Source: Guillardia theta CCMP2712 (taxonomy: Eukaryota; Protista; Cryptophyta). From it: a DNA stretch of 64,000 nucleotides. The notes beneath the pieces are model-generated. The model did no database searches, was not told the DNA's origin, and worked only from the letters and a program-made list of their open reading frames with translations. This document shows positions 1 to 13,920 of this stretch, piece after piece; positions within the stretch are counted from its first letter, which is position 1; each line of letters starts with the position of its first letter. A program made the position numbers and the translations under genes. The stretch is taken from NCBI RefSeq assembly GCF_000315625.1, contig NW_005434602.1:305848-369847 (forward strand), written 5' to 3'.

Positions 1-3000
1 GAGACGGTCAGTAGCAGGTCAGTCCCGTTCTGAGTCAGTTGCGGATAGAAGACGCCGGTGGGTCCAGAGGTCTGCAGGAGGGAGAAGGAGAGGACTTGAT
101 AATCCTCCCTCCAACCTCCTCCTCCCACACTCCTCGCAATCACCGTCGTGACTGAGCTCCCGGCCTCTGCCTCTTCCAACATGAAGATGGAGGAGGTCAG
201 GGTGAACGTGGGCGCCTGGTTGACTGGCAGCACGATGAGACGGAGTGGAGCAGGCAGCGAGAGGTTCTTGCCGCCATGGGCTGCCCCTCCGTCGTCGCGC
301 AAGAAGACGTTGAAGACGACTCGCCCGTTTCTCTGCGGCTCCAACAGGAAGGAGATGTTCCCACTCGCCACGTCCACGACTATGTCCGTCGAGCTGGCAA
401 ACAGCTGGAGGTCGCCGTGAAGCTGGTTGGCTCCGTTGAGCTCGTCGATCTCGACACTCTGCCATTCCTTGAGGGGGACTGCTGGGATGCGAGCTGAGAA
501 CGGAACGACGAGGAAGGAGAGACTTTGACACGCCTCGTCGACCCCAGCTGAGATGTTCTCGACGATCAGCCGCGTGTGTGCGCAGGCCTCTTGCGCTGTG
601 CACTCGAGGACTGTCACCTCGTTGACGAGCATGCTGAAGGAGGGAGCATGGTTCACCGGATGCACGAGGATGCAAACTTCCGACGTCGGCGAGCGAGCAG
701 GCGGCGACCCGTCATCGTACAGGGTCAGGTTGTAGGAGGAGAGGCCGAAGGCGCGGGGCGCGAGCTCGAAGACGATGGAGCCGTTGGCGAGGACAGCAGG
801 CGGGGAGATAAAGTCGAGGAGCTGCGGGGAGGAGGCACAGGAGGTCGGAGGGAAGATCGACAGCCTGTCGACGCCGCAGCCGGAGGAGCCGGTGGAGCTC
901 GAGACGTCGACAAGCTCGAAGGTCACGAGCTGTTGTGCTTCACCGCAGACGTCCACCACCTCACTGGGCCTGACGTCCCCAGCAAGGCCCACCAGAAGAT
1001 TTTGGCCCTCGTCGTGCTGGTTCAGGATCAGCAGCTGGCGATCGAGGGAGAAGACGGGGGGCTGGTTGGCGCAGGCGATGGTGAGGAGGAGGAGCTGCCA
1101 GGTGGAGTCGACGCGCTGGAAGATCGGGTTGTACCAGGTGACGTTAACGATGATGCTGAAGTTGCCGAGAGCGTTCCTCTTGGTGACCCAGTACAGCGAC
1201 CCCGTCGGGCTCAAGTCCATGGAGACCAGGAGCGATCGGTCGGGCACCTGGAGCGAGTAGTTGAGAGCTGGTCCTTGTGTCGGGATCGGGGAGAGGAAGC
1301 CGCTGAGCTCGCAGGAGAAGATACATTGATCGTTGCCGTATATGGGAGGGACTTCCTTCAAGGTGAACAGGTAGAGCTGGAAGGGCTGCTCTGTTGACCC
1401 TCCAGCAGAGTCAGTGACCCGCATCGTCAGATTGTTCCAACCAGGAGCGAGAGGAGGAGCCTTGAGATTGACGTGAAGGTTTCCCTTGACCCCCTGCAGC
1501 ACAGTCTCGCCAACGAGAGTATCCTGCAGCAGAATGGAGCCTGTCAAGACCTGCCAAGACTCTTCGAGCGGGCCAGCGGACACGCTGTAGACGAGATCGC
1601 GGAGGATTTGATTGGAGTCAGAGAGAGCATAGATCTGCGGCTGGACGAGGAACGTCGGGAGCTGGTTGACCGGGTGGATCTGGAGGAGGAGGGTGTGGGA
1701 GATCTCCGACTGGTGCATCACTACCTGAAACTCGACGAGGCCGTTCCAGAAGCGTCTTGGGAGGAGGCTCAACGTCGCTGACTGACAGACGACGTGACAG
1801 ACAGAGGAAATGTTGGGGGGTTGAGCCATCAGGCCCCCGTCAGTCGAGTCGTTGGAGTATGAGTTGTTGAGAAACAGGCGGTGGCGGATCGGGGAGATGG
1901 AGAAGTAGATCAGTTCGTTGCCGCTGTGGTCGTAGGGAGTGTCGGGCTGCGCAACAATATTGACGATGAAGTTGGGGATAACTGTCACATTCGCATCTTC
2001 CTCCACGTTCTCCAGGAGATCAGCGACGGTGGAGGTGTCGATGTTGAAGGAGGGAGTCTGCCTCAGGTTCTTCCTGAAGGCAGTCGAGTTGATGTCAATG
2101 GCTCCCAGGCCAGGAAACACTTGAGACCGCAGGGTTTCTGCGACGCTGAGCGAGGCCTCGAGGTATCCCATGGCATCCGTAGCGTTGAGCGCCCTGACGT
2201 TGACAACCGCGACTGCCATCGGGTACTGTAAGCTTGTCATACGGCTGCACAGCGGAAAATCGCACGAGCTCTCCTCGCAGCTGCAGACCCACGACAGGAA
2301 CGGGAGGTGAAGGAGAGAGGCGATAAGCCTCTTCGTCTCTGCCATCACTTGCGGCGTGAAGATCGAATCCTTCAACCGGATCTCCATCGATAGGTATGAG
2401 TCAACGACCGCTATCACCAGCACCGCCGCCTCCGACCTGTTCCTCCCCCCCCCGTACCAGCCCCCGTCGTCCACTAGCACCACGCTCACGTTCACCGCCC
2501 CCGTCCTCCCCTCCGCCAGCTCCACCCTCAGGCTCCCGTTGCTGTAGATTACTGGCGCCGACGCCAAGATCTGCTCGTCCCCAGCTACAGACTCGATCAC
2601 GAACGACACCTGCTGGCTGCTCTCGGGGTCCTCCCCGTCTGGCCGCCTCCTCCCCTTGCTGATGTTCCTCGCAACATCTGCCATCAACTGCGACCCCGGA
2701 CCCGTCCAGAACGTGACGACGCCGTCGCAGCAGAGGAGGAAGGAAGGCGGCTGGTTGACGGGCGCGACCTCGATGCTCAAGGCGATGCTGCGGGAGACGT
2801 TGACACCTCCGTTGGCGGTACCGCCGTCATCGAAGAGGAAGACGTCGAAGGTCGCGTTGCCGCTCCTGTCCTGACCCAGGCAGAAGTAGAACTCAGATGC
2901 AGAGAGCTGGGGAGGAGAGTCAAAGAGGAGGGAAGGATGCGCGTCAACTGCATAGAAGGAAAGCGACTGCGATTGCTCGTCCACGGAGGAGAAGATGGAA

Positions 3001-6000
3001 GGACTGCCAAGGAAGAGACGGGGGAGGACGAAAGGACTTGTAGCACAGGAGGAGAGTTCTGTTGCTGTGCCCGGTGGGCAGCGTCCACAGTTCTGATCCA
3101 CAGACACGACAAGGGAACACGGAGCGAGGTTTGAGCTCGTGCAGCAGTCAGTGGACAGTATGTTGCTGAAACTTTCAACAACAGAGCAGTTCAAGGTGAG
3201 AGAAGGAGCGTCGTTGACAGGCTGCACAACAAGAGATATGTTCTTCCTCTCCGAAAAGACGGTGCAGTTGCACGTTGAGTCGTACCCCTCTAGCCTGACT
3301 GTCAAGATGACTAGGCCGTTGAGTCGACCGACGGTGGTCAAATTCAAGTCAGCTGTGCTTCTGCTGGCATTGATCGTAGCATGAATATTGCTGACGACGT
3401 TCTTGTCTGCGGTAAACACGAGCAAGAGGCTGGCGCTGTCAACGTACGTTCCCGGGAAGATGTCATAGAAGAACTCAGGCTTGAAGATGCTCCCTTGGTG
3501 CTCCAGCAGCGTCAGCTCGGCAGCGTGCAAGGAGAAGCTCGGCAGCCGCACGACAGGAGCGACGACGATGGAGAAGTTGAAGGCAATGCTCGACCCAACC
3601 ATCCTTACCTCGTACACCGCAGACCCCACGAAAAACTTGCTGATGTTGAAGAAAAGCTGAGCAGTCGCGCACTTGCCGAAGGACCTCCAACGGTAGACGT
3701 CATGTTGTCCGCAGTCCACAACGAACTTCGCCGGAGCTTGCAGGAGGCCCCCGTCGGTCTCGTCGTAGACCCACTCGCTCTGCCCCTGCAGGAGGTGACC
3801 GAGCGGGCTGAAGGTGAAGCTGACCAGCTCCTCGCCAGCTGGGCTCAGAGGGGTGAGGGGAGGGGACGTGATGTTTGTCACGAGCGACACGTTCTTGTTA
3901 CACTCTCCCTCCGGGTCGACGCACTCGAGGACGGTCACGCTGGTGGCGGTGAGGACGAAGGAGGGGATGTTGAACCGATTGGTGAAGAGCAGGATCCTCG
4001 GCCTCCTCACCAGCCCCTCCAGCAGCGAGTCCAGCTGACTCTGGAGCTGCGAAGCCACCGCCAGAGACGTTGAGTAGACGTCAAAGGTTAGAGACTCGTT
4101 GACACATCCAGCTAGCAAGTCACTACCCGTCTCGACCACCCACGACGACCAGGGGACATGCAAAAAGTTTCTAAGCTCCTGTGACGACCAGGACGACGAA
4201 CACAGCACGACTTCCACGTAGAAGTCAACGACCGCTATCACCAGCACCGCCGCCTCCGACCTGTTCCTCCCCCCCCCGTACCAGCCCCCGTCGTCCACTA
4301 GCACCACGCTCACGTTCACCGCCCCCGTCCTCCCCTCCGCCAGCTCCACCCTCAGGCTCCCGTTGCTGTAGATCACTGGCGCCGACGCCAAGATCTGCTC
4401 GTCTCCAGCTACAGACTCGATCACGAACGACACCTGCTGGCTGCTCTCGGGGTCCTCCCCGTCTGGCCGCCTCCTTCCCTTGCTGATGTTGACGAAAGCT
4501 CCATCATGAGTCTGGACCAGCGAGCCTGCGATAAACGTGACGACGCCGTTGCAGCAGAGGAGGAAGGAAGGCGGCTGGTTGACGGGCGTGACCTCGATGC
4601 TCAAGGCGATGCTGCGGGAGACGTTGACACCTCCGTTGGCGGTACCGCCGTCATCGAAGAGGAAGACGTCGAAGGTCGCGTTGCCGTTGGCGTCAGTCAC
4701 GAGCTGCAGGAGAAGCTCTCCATCCTCGAAGAACAAGTTCAGCAGGCTTGAGTACGTGTCCCTTCCGTCCCCTGTCGCCTGCAGCTCGAAGGTTGTCAAC
4801 TGACTCGCCTCGTCCTTAGACCCGAAGGCTGACGGCCGACCAACAAAGAGGCGATGGAGGGGGCAGGGACGGGGAAGCGAGCTGCTCTCGTTCCAGCACT
4901 GGTGGTTCTCATCCACCTTGACCTCCACGGACAGGCTGCCGTTGACGCAGTCCTCGACCCACGTCACCTCCGCCTGCGCGGTCAACCCATCACCAGTCTT
5001 AGAGCAAAGGATGGTGCACTTGATGCCAACAGACTCCAGCTGGGAGCAAGCTGAGACATTTAGCCCGATGCTCGGTTGATCGTTGACAGGCAGCACGACG
5101 AGCTCGACCGTCTGCTCATCCGAGAACGCTCCTAAGGAGTCGACAGCTTGCAGGTGGAGCAGCAGCTGGCCGTTGCTGTGAGGGACCAGGTTAAAGAGCA
5201 AGTCAGCGACAGATCGGTTCGAGCTGGACTCTTCGATCAACATGGATCCAGGGAAGATCAGGTCGCTCGAGTAGTTGAAGAGCATCGACACATTCTGATC
5301 GTCTTCGCACCAGCCGACGATCCATGGCTGGCACTCCAGGTTCTCCTGCAGCAGTTGGCTGAATTTTAACACGCACGTGGTGTATGAGACCATCGGGTAC
5401 TTCGAGTGTATCGCGCTGGGAATTAGAGTTTGACAAGCCGTTGAAGTGCATTCCAGCATGACAAACCGATCAGCACCAGCGACGCTAAAGGTCGGCGGCT
5501 GGTTGACAGGCTCAACGGTGATTGAGATGTTGTAGTCCGAGAGCCGAACTGAGTTGGAGGCGCTGTTTGATGTCCGGACCTCGTAGGAGAAAAGAGCGTC
5601 TCCGAAGGCAAACTCTTCAGTCTTGAAGGTGAAGATTCCGTCATTCTCAACCAACGGCTCGAAGTTTGGCTGGAACATGTACCTCTCACATCCTGAGATC
5701 GGCCGGCTGGTGATCGAGTAGTCTTGCAGAGGGTACACGTCAAAATTTCCCGAGATGTTGACAAACAGTTGATAGAACCCCTCCCCTTCTCGCACAGTCA
5801 CCGAGGTCCCAGTCGAGACCTGCTGCAGTGAGCCCTTGGGCCGTATGATGAGGTAGAACCTGCGAGTGAGGGACTCGTTTCTCCCGCCATAGAGGGTCCC
5901 CCCGTTGTCCACCAGCTTCACGTCTATGGTGACGACTCCGCTCTTTGCCACGTTCGTCGCGATGACAAAGGTGCCGTTGGGGAACAGCTGGGGTGGGCGG

Positions 6001-9000
6001 GCGAGCAGGAAGCCGGGCTGGTAGTCAACGACGAAGGTCAAAGTCTGCTCAGCCTCCAGCGGCCCATCAAACCCGACGGAGATGTTGGAGGCTAGCTGGA
6101 AGATGGTGAAACCAGTCTCCTGGTCGACTTTCTTCCAGGGCAAATCAAGCACAAAAGTAGGAGGTCGATTAGCATGGACCATGATGACTGCAAGGTCGCC
6201 CACCCCTACAACGAACTGCTGCTCGTCGTCATCGAAGACTTGCACTTGGAACTGATCGCCGTACCCGAAGGTGGAGTTTTCATCCTGCGGTAAGTCGCAG
6301 AGGAGTTTGCTCTCGAGAGGGAGGAGGAGCCCATTGACAGAAGCGTTGTAGGGGCCGAAGAAGAGACAGCGGAAGGTGTGGGAGAGGTTAACGCCGTACA
6401 TCTCGATGACGAGTTGGTCCATGAGAGGATCGACATGCTTCGGGGATCTCATGACCCAGGCCGACAGGAAGCTGAACTGGAACTCAGTTATCCTGTCGAG
6501 GGAGGAGCACGAGTCCTCTCCTCCAGTCATGTGCAGGCCAACGGTCTCCAAAGGCTCGTGGATTTCTTGGTAACCCACGTCAAAGGTGATGGCGTTGACA
6601 GTCAGGTAGGACGCGAACGTGAACCTGCTGTTGCCAAGGGAGTACGTGGCCGTCCGGTCGAAGCCGAAGCCGTAGACAGTCACCTGATACCCGCCGAGCA
6701 TGGAGCCCTGGGAGGGAGACAGCACGTAGAAGTCCTCGCACACTTGGATTTGCATCGGCCGGTCGTCCCCGTACGGCATCAGTTGCGCGTCAGTGCCCTG
6801 GCGGACGGTCAAGGTGGCGGTGGTCACAGCGTGGTGACTCCATAGGGTGAAGTTGCAGAGCATGGAGGTCGAGTTGAACACAAGAGCGTACGAGGGTTCA
6901 GAGGCGTACACGTCCGTCCCGAACTGATAGGAGAAGGAGCAGGTGTATTCCTCCGACAGGTCGAAGCCGAGCCCGCTAACTAGGATCTGATCGCCTCCGA
7001 CAGCTGAGAAGATGGTCGGGTGGGTGGGCAGCAGGGGAAGCACCTGGAGCTTTCCGTATGTCGTCCACACGGGAGAGAACAAGATCGCGCAAGAGGACTG
7101 CCTGAAGTTCTGCCGAGAGCAGTCGGCAGGGTAGAGGGTGAAGTTGGTGAAGACGAGCTTCTTCATCGCGTTGTGGACATGAAGGAACACCGCTCCCTCC
7201 TCCCGGTCAGGGATCGCAGCAAACCTCCTCCCCCAGATCGGGGTCGGGCACGTGACGAGGCTCTGGGACCTCACGATAGCCGTGGTCCACTCAGTCTCGT
7301 TGCCCCGATCAAACCTGCACTTGTAGATGCTGCGCCAGTTGTACCCGTAGCCGGACACGCTCAGCGTCCTACCTCCGCTCGCAAGAGCCTCCGTGGGCTG
7401 AACTCGATCCCATCCCTCGTAGAAGAGGAAGGGGGAGGGGGAGCTGGGCGAGAGTCGAAGCACCTCGTCCTTGTGGTCGATCGCAACCGTCTGACTGAGA
7501 CCCACGTGCTGCCCCCCATAGCTGAGAAGCAGCTGGAAGGTTTGCTCGAAGGATGGGAGCGCTGGCTGGAGGCAACGCCTGACGCCGTCGCTCAAGTTGA
7601 CTTGACTTGACAAGGAGTAACTGCCGTCCAGCCACAGGAACACACAGAAGAATGGCTGGCTCGCCTCCTCGAATCCCACTCCAGCTATTGTGACCTGCAT
7701 CCCTCCTTTGCTGGGAGCTGAGGAGGGAGAGAAAGAGTCCCAGGTGAAGCTCGACACGAACATCAGGGGATGAGAGAAGTTGTAGGGCAGAAGAGACTTT
7801 GCGGGCACCATCAACTCGGCAGTCACTGTGAAGGTTCCGTCGCAGCTGATCTCTATGGGAGGAGAGGGCTGCTTGACGGCAGGATTCATAAATGTGAAAG
7901 AGACAGCAACCCTGGCTCGCGCTGGGAGAGTTTCATTCCGACAGATTCGCAAGTACACGGAGGCGTTGGGTCCACTCCAGGTTGCTCGTCCTGTCACGTC
8001 TCCAACACAGAAGAGAGACTTGTTGCCAAGGATTTGGAAACTTTCGTTGAGCCTGATGCCTTGCAATCCAGCGATCACGATGGTCGAAGCCTCGGATCCC
8101 AGCATGTCGGCATCAACTGCGAAATCAATGTGCAAGGAGTTTGGACTTGAAATGTAAGGAGACACTTGATAGATTGTCTTGTCAATGATTGATGGCTGGA
8201 ACACAAAGAAAGGGCGAGACGCGTTTTCAACCCCGTAAAGGCCGTGGAGATTGTTTGGGACCTGTTCCGGAGGAATATTGAAATCATCTTGACTCACGTT
8301 CATGTAGATGTCCGCACCAGCCCTTGGTGAGTCCACGTTGTTGACTTCAAACGTCAAGTAGTAGGTTCTAGAGCAGAGGGTCTCCTGCTGAGGCTGAACG
8401 AACAGCTCGAGCATACCCGACTGATAATGCATCAACCCGTAGTTGCCCATGGCAGGGGGCTGCGAGCCATCAAAGAAGAGATTCTCCTCTGTCACAAAGT
8501 TTCCCAGCTCATCTTGGCTCCGCACGCCCACGTTCATCCTCTGAGTTCCCGACAACACCAGGGAAGGGATCCCACCAAGCATCAACCTTGCTGACTTTGC
8601 ACCACTGAGGCCATAATTGCAACGGAAAACGACCTCGATGCGGTTGGGTCGATTTGGAAACGGATTGCTCTGAGCGATGGAAGCCACCACGAAACGAGGA
8701 ACTTCCACCCGCAAAGGGCTCAGCCCATCACTGATGCAGCCAAAGAGTCCCCTCGTCGTTTCAACTTGTTGAGGAGAGAAAGGGAATAGACCTTGACCTG
8801 ACACTTGGAAATCTACGGCTGGTTGAGAGTTCATCATATTCCAAGAGGTGAAACTGAAAGAATATTTTACATTGGCTCTCAGTATGGATCCGCACATGTT
8901 CAAGTCAAGGTTTATCGTCTGACCATCTGAGGATATCAAAAGAGTGCTGACTACACCTCGCGCGCAAAATAATTGATTCCCACCATTCCCTCCGACCACA

Positions 9001-10186
9001 TGGTCCAGGTCAACAGGTATCACTTCAACGGGAGACGGTGCTGTACCAGACAATCTGATAGTTTCTCCGTCTTCGTAAAGAATATCAACGTTGGTCATAA
9101 GCTCCACAGTAAAAGTGTTCATTACCCCAGGAAGCGGGGTGACTTGACTTAGTTTACCCACCAAAAAACGAGGAATGATAGTCAGGAAGGGATCTTTCCC
9201 TCCAGAGACTCCTCGAGCTGACTGTGATAGTCCTGGTTTGGCGACCGCTGTGCTTAAGATCGATATCCTCAACTGCCCCTGCGCTGAGACTAAAAAATCA
9301 GCGCTCGCATCAATGGACTGGTTGAAATTCACAAAAACAAAATTTGAAGTGTACATTTGACCAGGGCTGAACTTTGCCCCTTTGCAAAGAATAAGATCTA
9401 CAAGATAAGTTGTATCGCTGACATTGTTAACCATGGAATCACAGAATGATGTATCATCGAAATTTCCAAAGACAGAATTGACCAAGTTGGCCGGCAGCGC
9501 CTGTGAAACAATCCTCATCGTTATCTTCTGAAATACATCTGAGCTCAACTCGAAATTAGTTTGAAGGGAAAGGAAGATGGTATTCCGTATGCCTGCTATT
9601 GGAGTAAACTGGGATATTTGAAGCTTGTCAAATTTCGGGATAGTAATAAACAATGGCTCCTCGGCAGCGCTGATACCAAATAGCGACCCTGACAGCCTCG
9701 TCATCAAGAAAGGTCCCATGTTGAAAGCTCCAGAGGCAGAGATGTAGAGCTGGGGAGAAGATTGCGGATTGGGCGGATTGAAGACTTTGACAGAAAATAA
9801 TATGTTATGTTGGCTGACAGGACAAAACTTTCACAAAGCTGGAGATGAAACAATGCTCCTTCTGGTACAAGAGAGACAGCTAATGAGCAGAACGCTTGCA
9901 TGTCTGCTGGACTTGTTGTATTCTGCAGGTGTATCTCACTTCGGTTGTGTAAGCCTGTGAATGTCATGACGGTAACGTTGGACAGATTCGCTGCTGTGAG
10001 CGTTGCATTTATCCTCAAAGAGAACATGAGGAGGTTTTCACCACTGACAAAAGGATTCGACTGTTTGACAGTGGCCATACTGAAGACGGGATCAGACGCT
10101 ACGGGTATTGATCTACAGACTAGGACGAGCAGCCATACCGAGAACTTGAGACAGGAGGAAGCAAAGGAGAGCCGAGGAGCTGTCAT
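1..10186 (-). CDS. Giant secreted/surface repeat protein (>3300 aa, 3' end outside window): signal peptide, beta-rich repeats, IPT/TIG domains, bacterial-type cadherin-like repeats; apparent -1 frameshift near 9795
   Basis: ORF 9704-10186 has a hydrophobic N-terminus (LKFSVWLLVLVC). The homologous repeat text continues in another frame (FSVKVFNPPNPQS...) and, where I translated it, stays open toward the window edge. TIG motifs: SFSPSSAPSKGGMQVTIAGVGF, LSPSQGSMLGGYQVTVYGFGF. Cadherin-like motifs: VNQPPSF, VNHAPSF, DDGGTANGGVNVS. Confidence 0.75.
2400..2864. repeat. Intragenic near-identical duplication, copy 1 (copy 2 at ~4224-4686)
   Basis: gtcaacgaccgctatcaccagcaccgcc...gaaggtcgcgttgccg occurs twice, differing mainly in a ~40-bp central patch. 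Confidence 0.9.
4224..4686. repeat. Intragenic near-identical duplication, copy 2
   Basis: Direct sequence match to 2400-2864. Confidence 0.9.
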
Positions 10187-10970
10187 GGCTGAACTTTTGA
10201 TGATGGGAGGGAGAGCACACGGAGGAGAAGCTCAGCAAGCTTCAAAGGCAAGTTGTGACTTGAGGATCAGGATGGGGGAGGAAGTGGAAGAGAAGCAGCA
10301 GGAGCAGGACGGGGCAAGAGGACACGAGCTCCAAGGCGCCATCGTCTCTTCGCTAGAGGGACCGGAGGTACCGTTATGCCTAGTCAATCTATTCGTAACG
10401 GCTATGACAGTTGGAGAGTAAAGGACACCGGTGTCCGACGGTCGGACCGGGTCAGTGATGATCCGAGGTCCGGGCCGGCGCGCTGCGACGCCGGGCGGGC
10501 GGGCACACTCAGACAGTTTATTTATGAGCCACGGTCTATAGTGAAGGTATCAGTTAAGTTTGGGGGACAGCAGTCGGCAGGATTAGGTTTGGTTCTCGCT
10601 GTCTTTTCTCTTCTCGCCGTTTGGCCTGTGCGACAGTGTCAGGGTCAAGCCTCCTCGACTCTCCTGATTGTCCTCGTACTGATTTTTAACTTAACTTTGA
10701 GTAAAGTCTATTGACTGGTTTACTAAGTGACAGCGCCGTGTCGCCGCGGGGCTGGCGCGGCCGCGGTCCGTCCGGCGTTCACGGCCGGCCGGGCCGGGCC
10801 CAGTGTCAGCCAGTGACTCGGACTCCGGGAGGTGCCGCGAGTCTGGCGGACTCGGAGGCAAGTTTGCCGTGAAAGTTTCAACTTTGAGAAGTTTGAAAGT
10901 TTCAACTTGTTACATAACTTGTGTACACGATGCGGACATGGAGCAAGTGCCCGCAAGCGAGAGGAAGGGA

Positions 10971-10973
<3 letters not shown>

Positions 10974-11020
<47 letters not shown>
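10974..11020. repeat. (GGCA)n microsatellite
   Basis: Directly visible. Confidence 0.95.
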
Positions 11021-11023
<3 letters not shown>

Positions 11024-11268
11024 AAGAGAGAATGGTTGGAGGCAATGTCCTCACTTGGTCCCAGTCGCAACAGGGGTATGGGAACATGAGCGGCTTCAAA
11101 GAGCAGGTTGCTTGATCTCCTCGTCCCCGCATGCCTAGTGAGCCCATGTCGCCGCAGCGGAACGGAGCCTCGAAGGATGCGACAGGCAACTCAGGTGGGA
11201 GGAATGATGAAAGCAACAACTGATCTCTCCGTTCAGCTCCAGGAGGTATCTCGACGGCCATACCAGGC

Positions 11269-12933
11269 ATGGCAGAGACCTTCCAGCTCATCAAGGTACT
11301 GAGCGCTCGGAGCTCTATTGGACGTGACTACCTCGAACAGGACAAGGTGTCAGCAGCAGGCAGCGGGAGCATCTTGAAGAGGCATAGCGGAGCTGCCGAC
11401 ATCGTCTTTGTTCGTCACGGAGGTGGAGGGAGAGTTGTTGCTGATGAAAGTGAGGAGAGCAAGCAGATGCCAAGCAAGGGAAACTCGTGTATTATTGCAG
11501 CGATTTCCACGTTCATGTGATACCCGACTGCCCTGCATGTCAACTGCACCCTACCAATTATCTTGTCAAAGCTCTTCGTGTGATATTGCTGCCTCTCTTA
11601 TCTACATCTTCGTCATCCAATGCTCTTCTCGCCTGCCCTCTGCTTTTGCATCGTTTGTAAGATTTCATCCAGGTTGGCCGAGATTCGAAGCTTGGGCAGG
11701 TAAATCCCTTCCCTTCCCTTCCCCTCCAGCTCCTCGTTTCCCTCCCCTCCCCTCCCCTCCCCTCCCCTCCCAACTCGTTGCTCAACAAGGCATCAGCTCA
11801 TTCGCTCTCAGACTCTCACCGGCATCACCGTGGAGATTTTCGTCAATGAGACCAAGACGAGCCTCTCCATGAAGATTCAAGTCCTTGCTCGATCCCCAGC
11901 TGGTCGAGAGCTGACAGTTGAAGATAGGAGGATCACCGCTGCATGTTCGAAGGAGGAAACCTGAAGCCAACCCCTCAGCAGGTTTTGTACCTCTAACATC
12001 CTCCTCTTGCTCTTCCTACGCCAACTCCTCCTTCACTGAATTGCTTCACCACCTCTTCCTTCCCTCTCCCTCTCCCCACCTTCTTCCCTCCACCTATCTC
12101 CCTTCCTCTTCTCTTCTCTCCCCTCCCCCTCCTGTTCCCTCCCCTCTTCCCTTCCCTTCTCGTCCCTTCTCTCCTCCCCCCCCTCTTACCCCCCCCTACA
12201 CACACATTCCCCTTCTGCTCGTTTTGCTTTCCTGCTCGCCCTCCTCCGGTCCCACCTCTGTCCCACCTCCTTTCCGCAGATCGCGGAGGTTGGGAAGCTG
12301 CTCAAGTCGGGAAGAAATTCTGTCAGATATCAGGTTGACTTCAAACTTGTCCCCCCCCCCTCTCATCTTGTCCTTGTCTGCTGTAGGTGTTGGGAGAGAA
12401 GGCGCTGTTTGAGATCAGGGCCTTTATCTACCTGTGGAACTCAACAGATAAGGTTGAGGAGGAGGAGGAGGAGGAGGAGGAGGAGGAGGAGAGGGAGAGG
12501 TGGTGGAGGAAGGAGAGGAGGAGGAGGAGAGGTTGAGGTTGAGGAGGGACGAGGACGAGGATGAGGACGAGAGGGAGAGGCGGAGGAGGGAGGAGAGGAG
12601 GAGCAGCAGGAGAAAGATAGTTACGTTGTTCCTTTTGCAGGTTGTTGTCTGTGACATCGATGGAACAGTCACTCGATCAGACTTCCTCGGTTACAGGTGA
12701 TCTGTACTTGCAGGATCCACAGAGATCATGATCGTTGATGTTGTTGTTGATGATGATGATTATGACGACGACGATGACGATGACGGTGGTGATGATGATG
12801 ACGGTGATAGTTGTTGTTGTTGTCGTCGTCGTCTTCTTCTTTGTTGGTGATGATTGTTGAATGCAGTGCACATCTTCTCGGATACGAGTACACACATGAT
12901 GGAGTCACGGATGTACTGAATTATCTCCATGAG
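11269..12933 (+). CDS. PAH1: Lipin/Pah1-family phosphatidate phosphatase, multi-exon, 3' part lost in assembly gap; start approximate
   Basis: N-Lip-like exons HSGAADIVFVR, VRFHPG and ITVEIFVNETKTSLSMKI; LNS2/HAD motif VVVCDIDGTVTRSDFLG (DxDxT) followed by AHLLGYEYTHDGV. Confidence 0.8.
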
Positions 12934-12967
12934 GTTTTATCAATCACTCTCCTTTCCCTCTCCTCTC

Positions 12968-13920
12968 NNNNNNNNNNNNNNNNNNNNNNNNNNNNNNNNN
13001 NNNNNNNNNNNNNNNNNNNNNNNNNNNNNNNNNNNNNNNNNNNNNNNNNNNNNNNNNNNNNNNNNNNGTGGAGGAGCTGGGGCGACTGGTAGAGGACCTC
13101 GAGGTAGGAGAGCGGGCCGGGCCGGGCCGGGCAGGACGGAGGGACGGAGGGAGGGGAGCTGACGGGGGCTTACAGGGGCAGCTTGCAGAGGCTTCGAGGA
13201 AGGAGACAGGTAGCCGCAGAAGGGAGGGGGGAGGGGAGGGACAGANNNNNNNNNNNNNNNNNNNNNNNNNNNNNNNNNNNNNNNNNNNNNNNNNNNNNNN
13301 NNNNNNNNNNNNNNNNNNNNNNNNNNNNNNNNNNNNNNNNNNNNNNNNNNNNNNNNNNNNNNNNNNNNNNNNNNNNNNNNNNNNNNNNNNNNNNNNNNNN
13401 NNNNNNNNNNNNNNNNNNNNNNNNNNNNNNNNNNNNNNNNNNNNNNNNNNNNNNNNNNNNNNNNNNNNNNNNNNNNNNNNNNNNNNNNNNNNNNNNNNNN
13501 NNNNNNNNNNNNNNNNNNNNNNNNNNNNNNNNNNNNNNNNNNNNNNNNNNNNNNNNNNNNNNNNNNNNNNNNNNNNNNNNNNNNNNNNNNNNNNNNNNNN
13601 NNNNNNNNNNNNNNNNNNNNNNNNNNNNNNNNNNNNNNNNNNNNNNNNNNNNNNNNNNNNNNNNNNNNNNNNNNNNNNNNNNNNNNNNNNNNNNNNNNNN
13701 NNNNNNNNNNNNNNNNNNNNNNNNNNNNNNNNNNNNNNNNNNNNNNNNNNNNNNNNNNNNNNNNNNNNNNNNNNNNNNNNNNNNNNNNNNNNNNNNNNNN
13801 NNNNNNNNNNNNNNNNNNNNNNNNNNNNNNNNNNNNNNNNNNNNNNNNNNNNNNNNNNNNNNNNNNNNNNNNNNNNNNNNNNNNNNNNNNNNNNNNNNNN
13901 NNNNNNNNNNNNNNNNNNNN
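12968..13920. other. Assembly gaps (N runs 12968-13067 and 13246-13920) in a collapsed ~600-bp GC-rich tandem repeat
   Basis: 13068-13245 recurs at 14268-14445; 13921-13981 recurs at 14521-14581. Confidence 0.9.

Noticed and set aside
148-8157. Many plus-strand ORFs of 60-270 aa
   Set aside because: Antisense shadows of the GC-rich giant minus-strand gene
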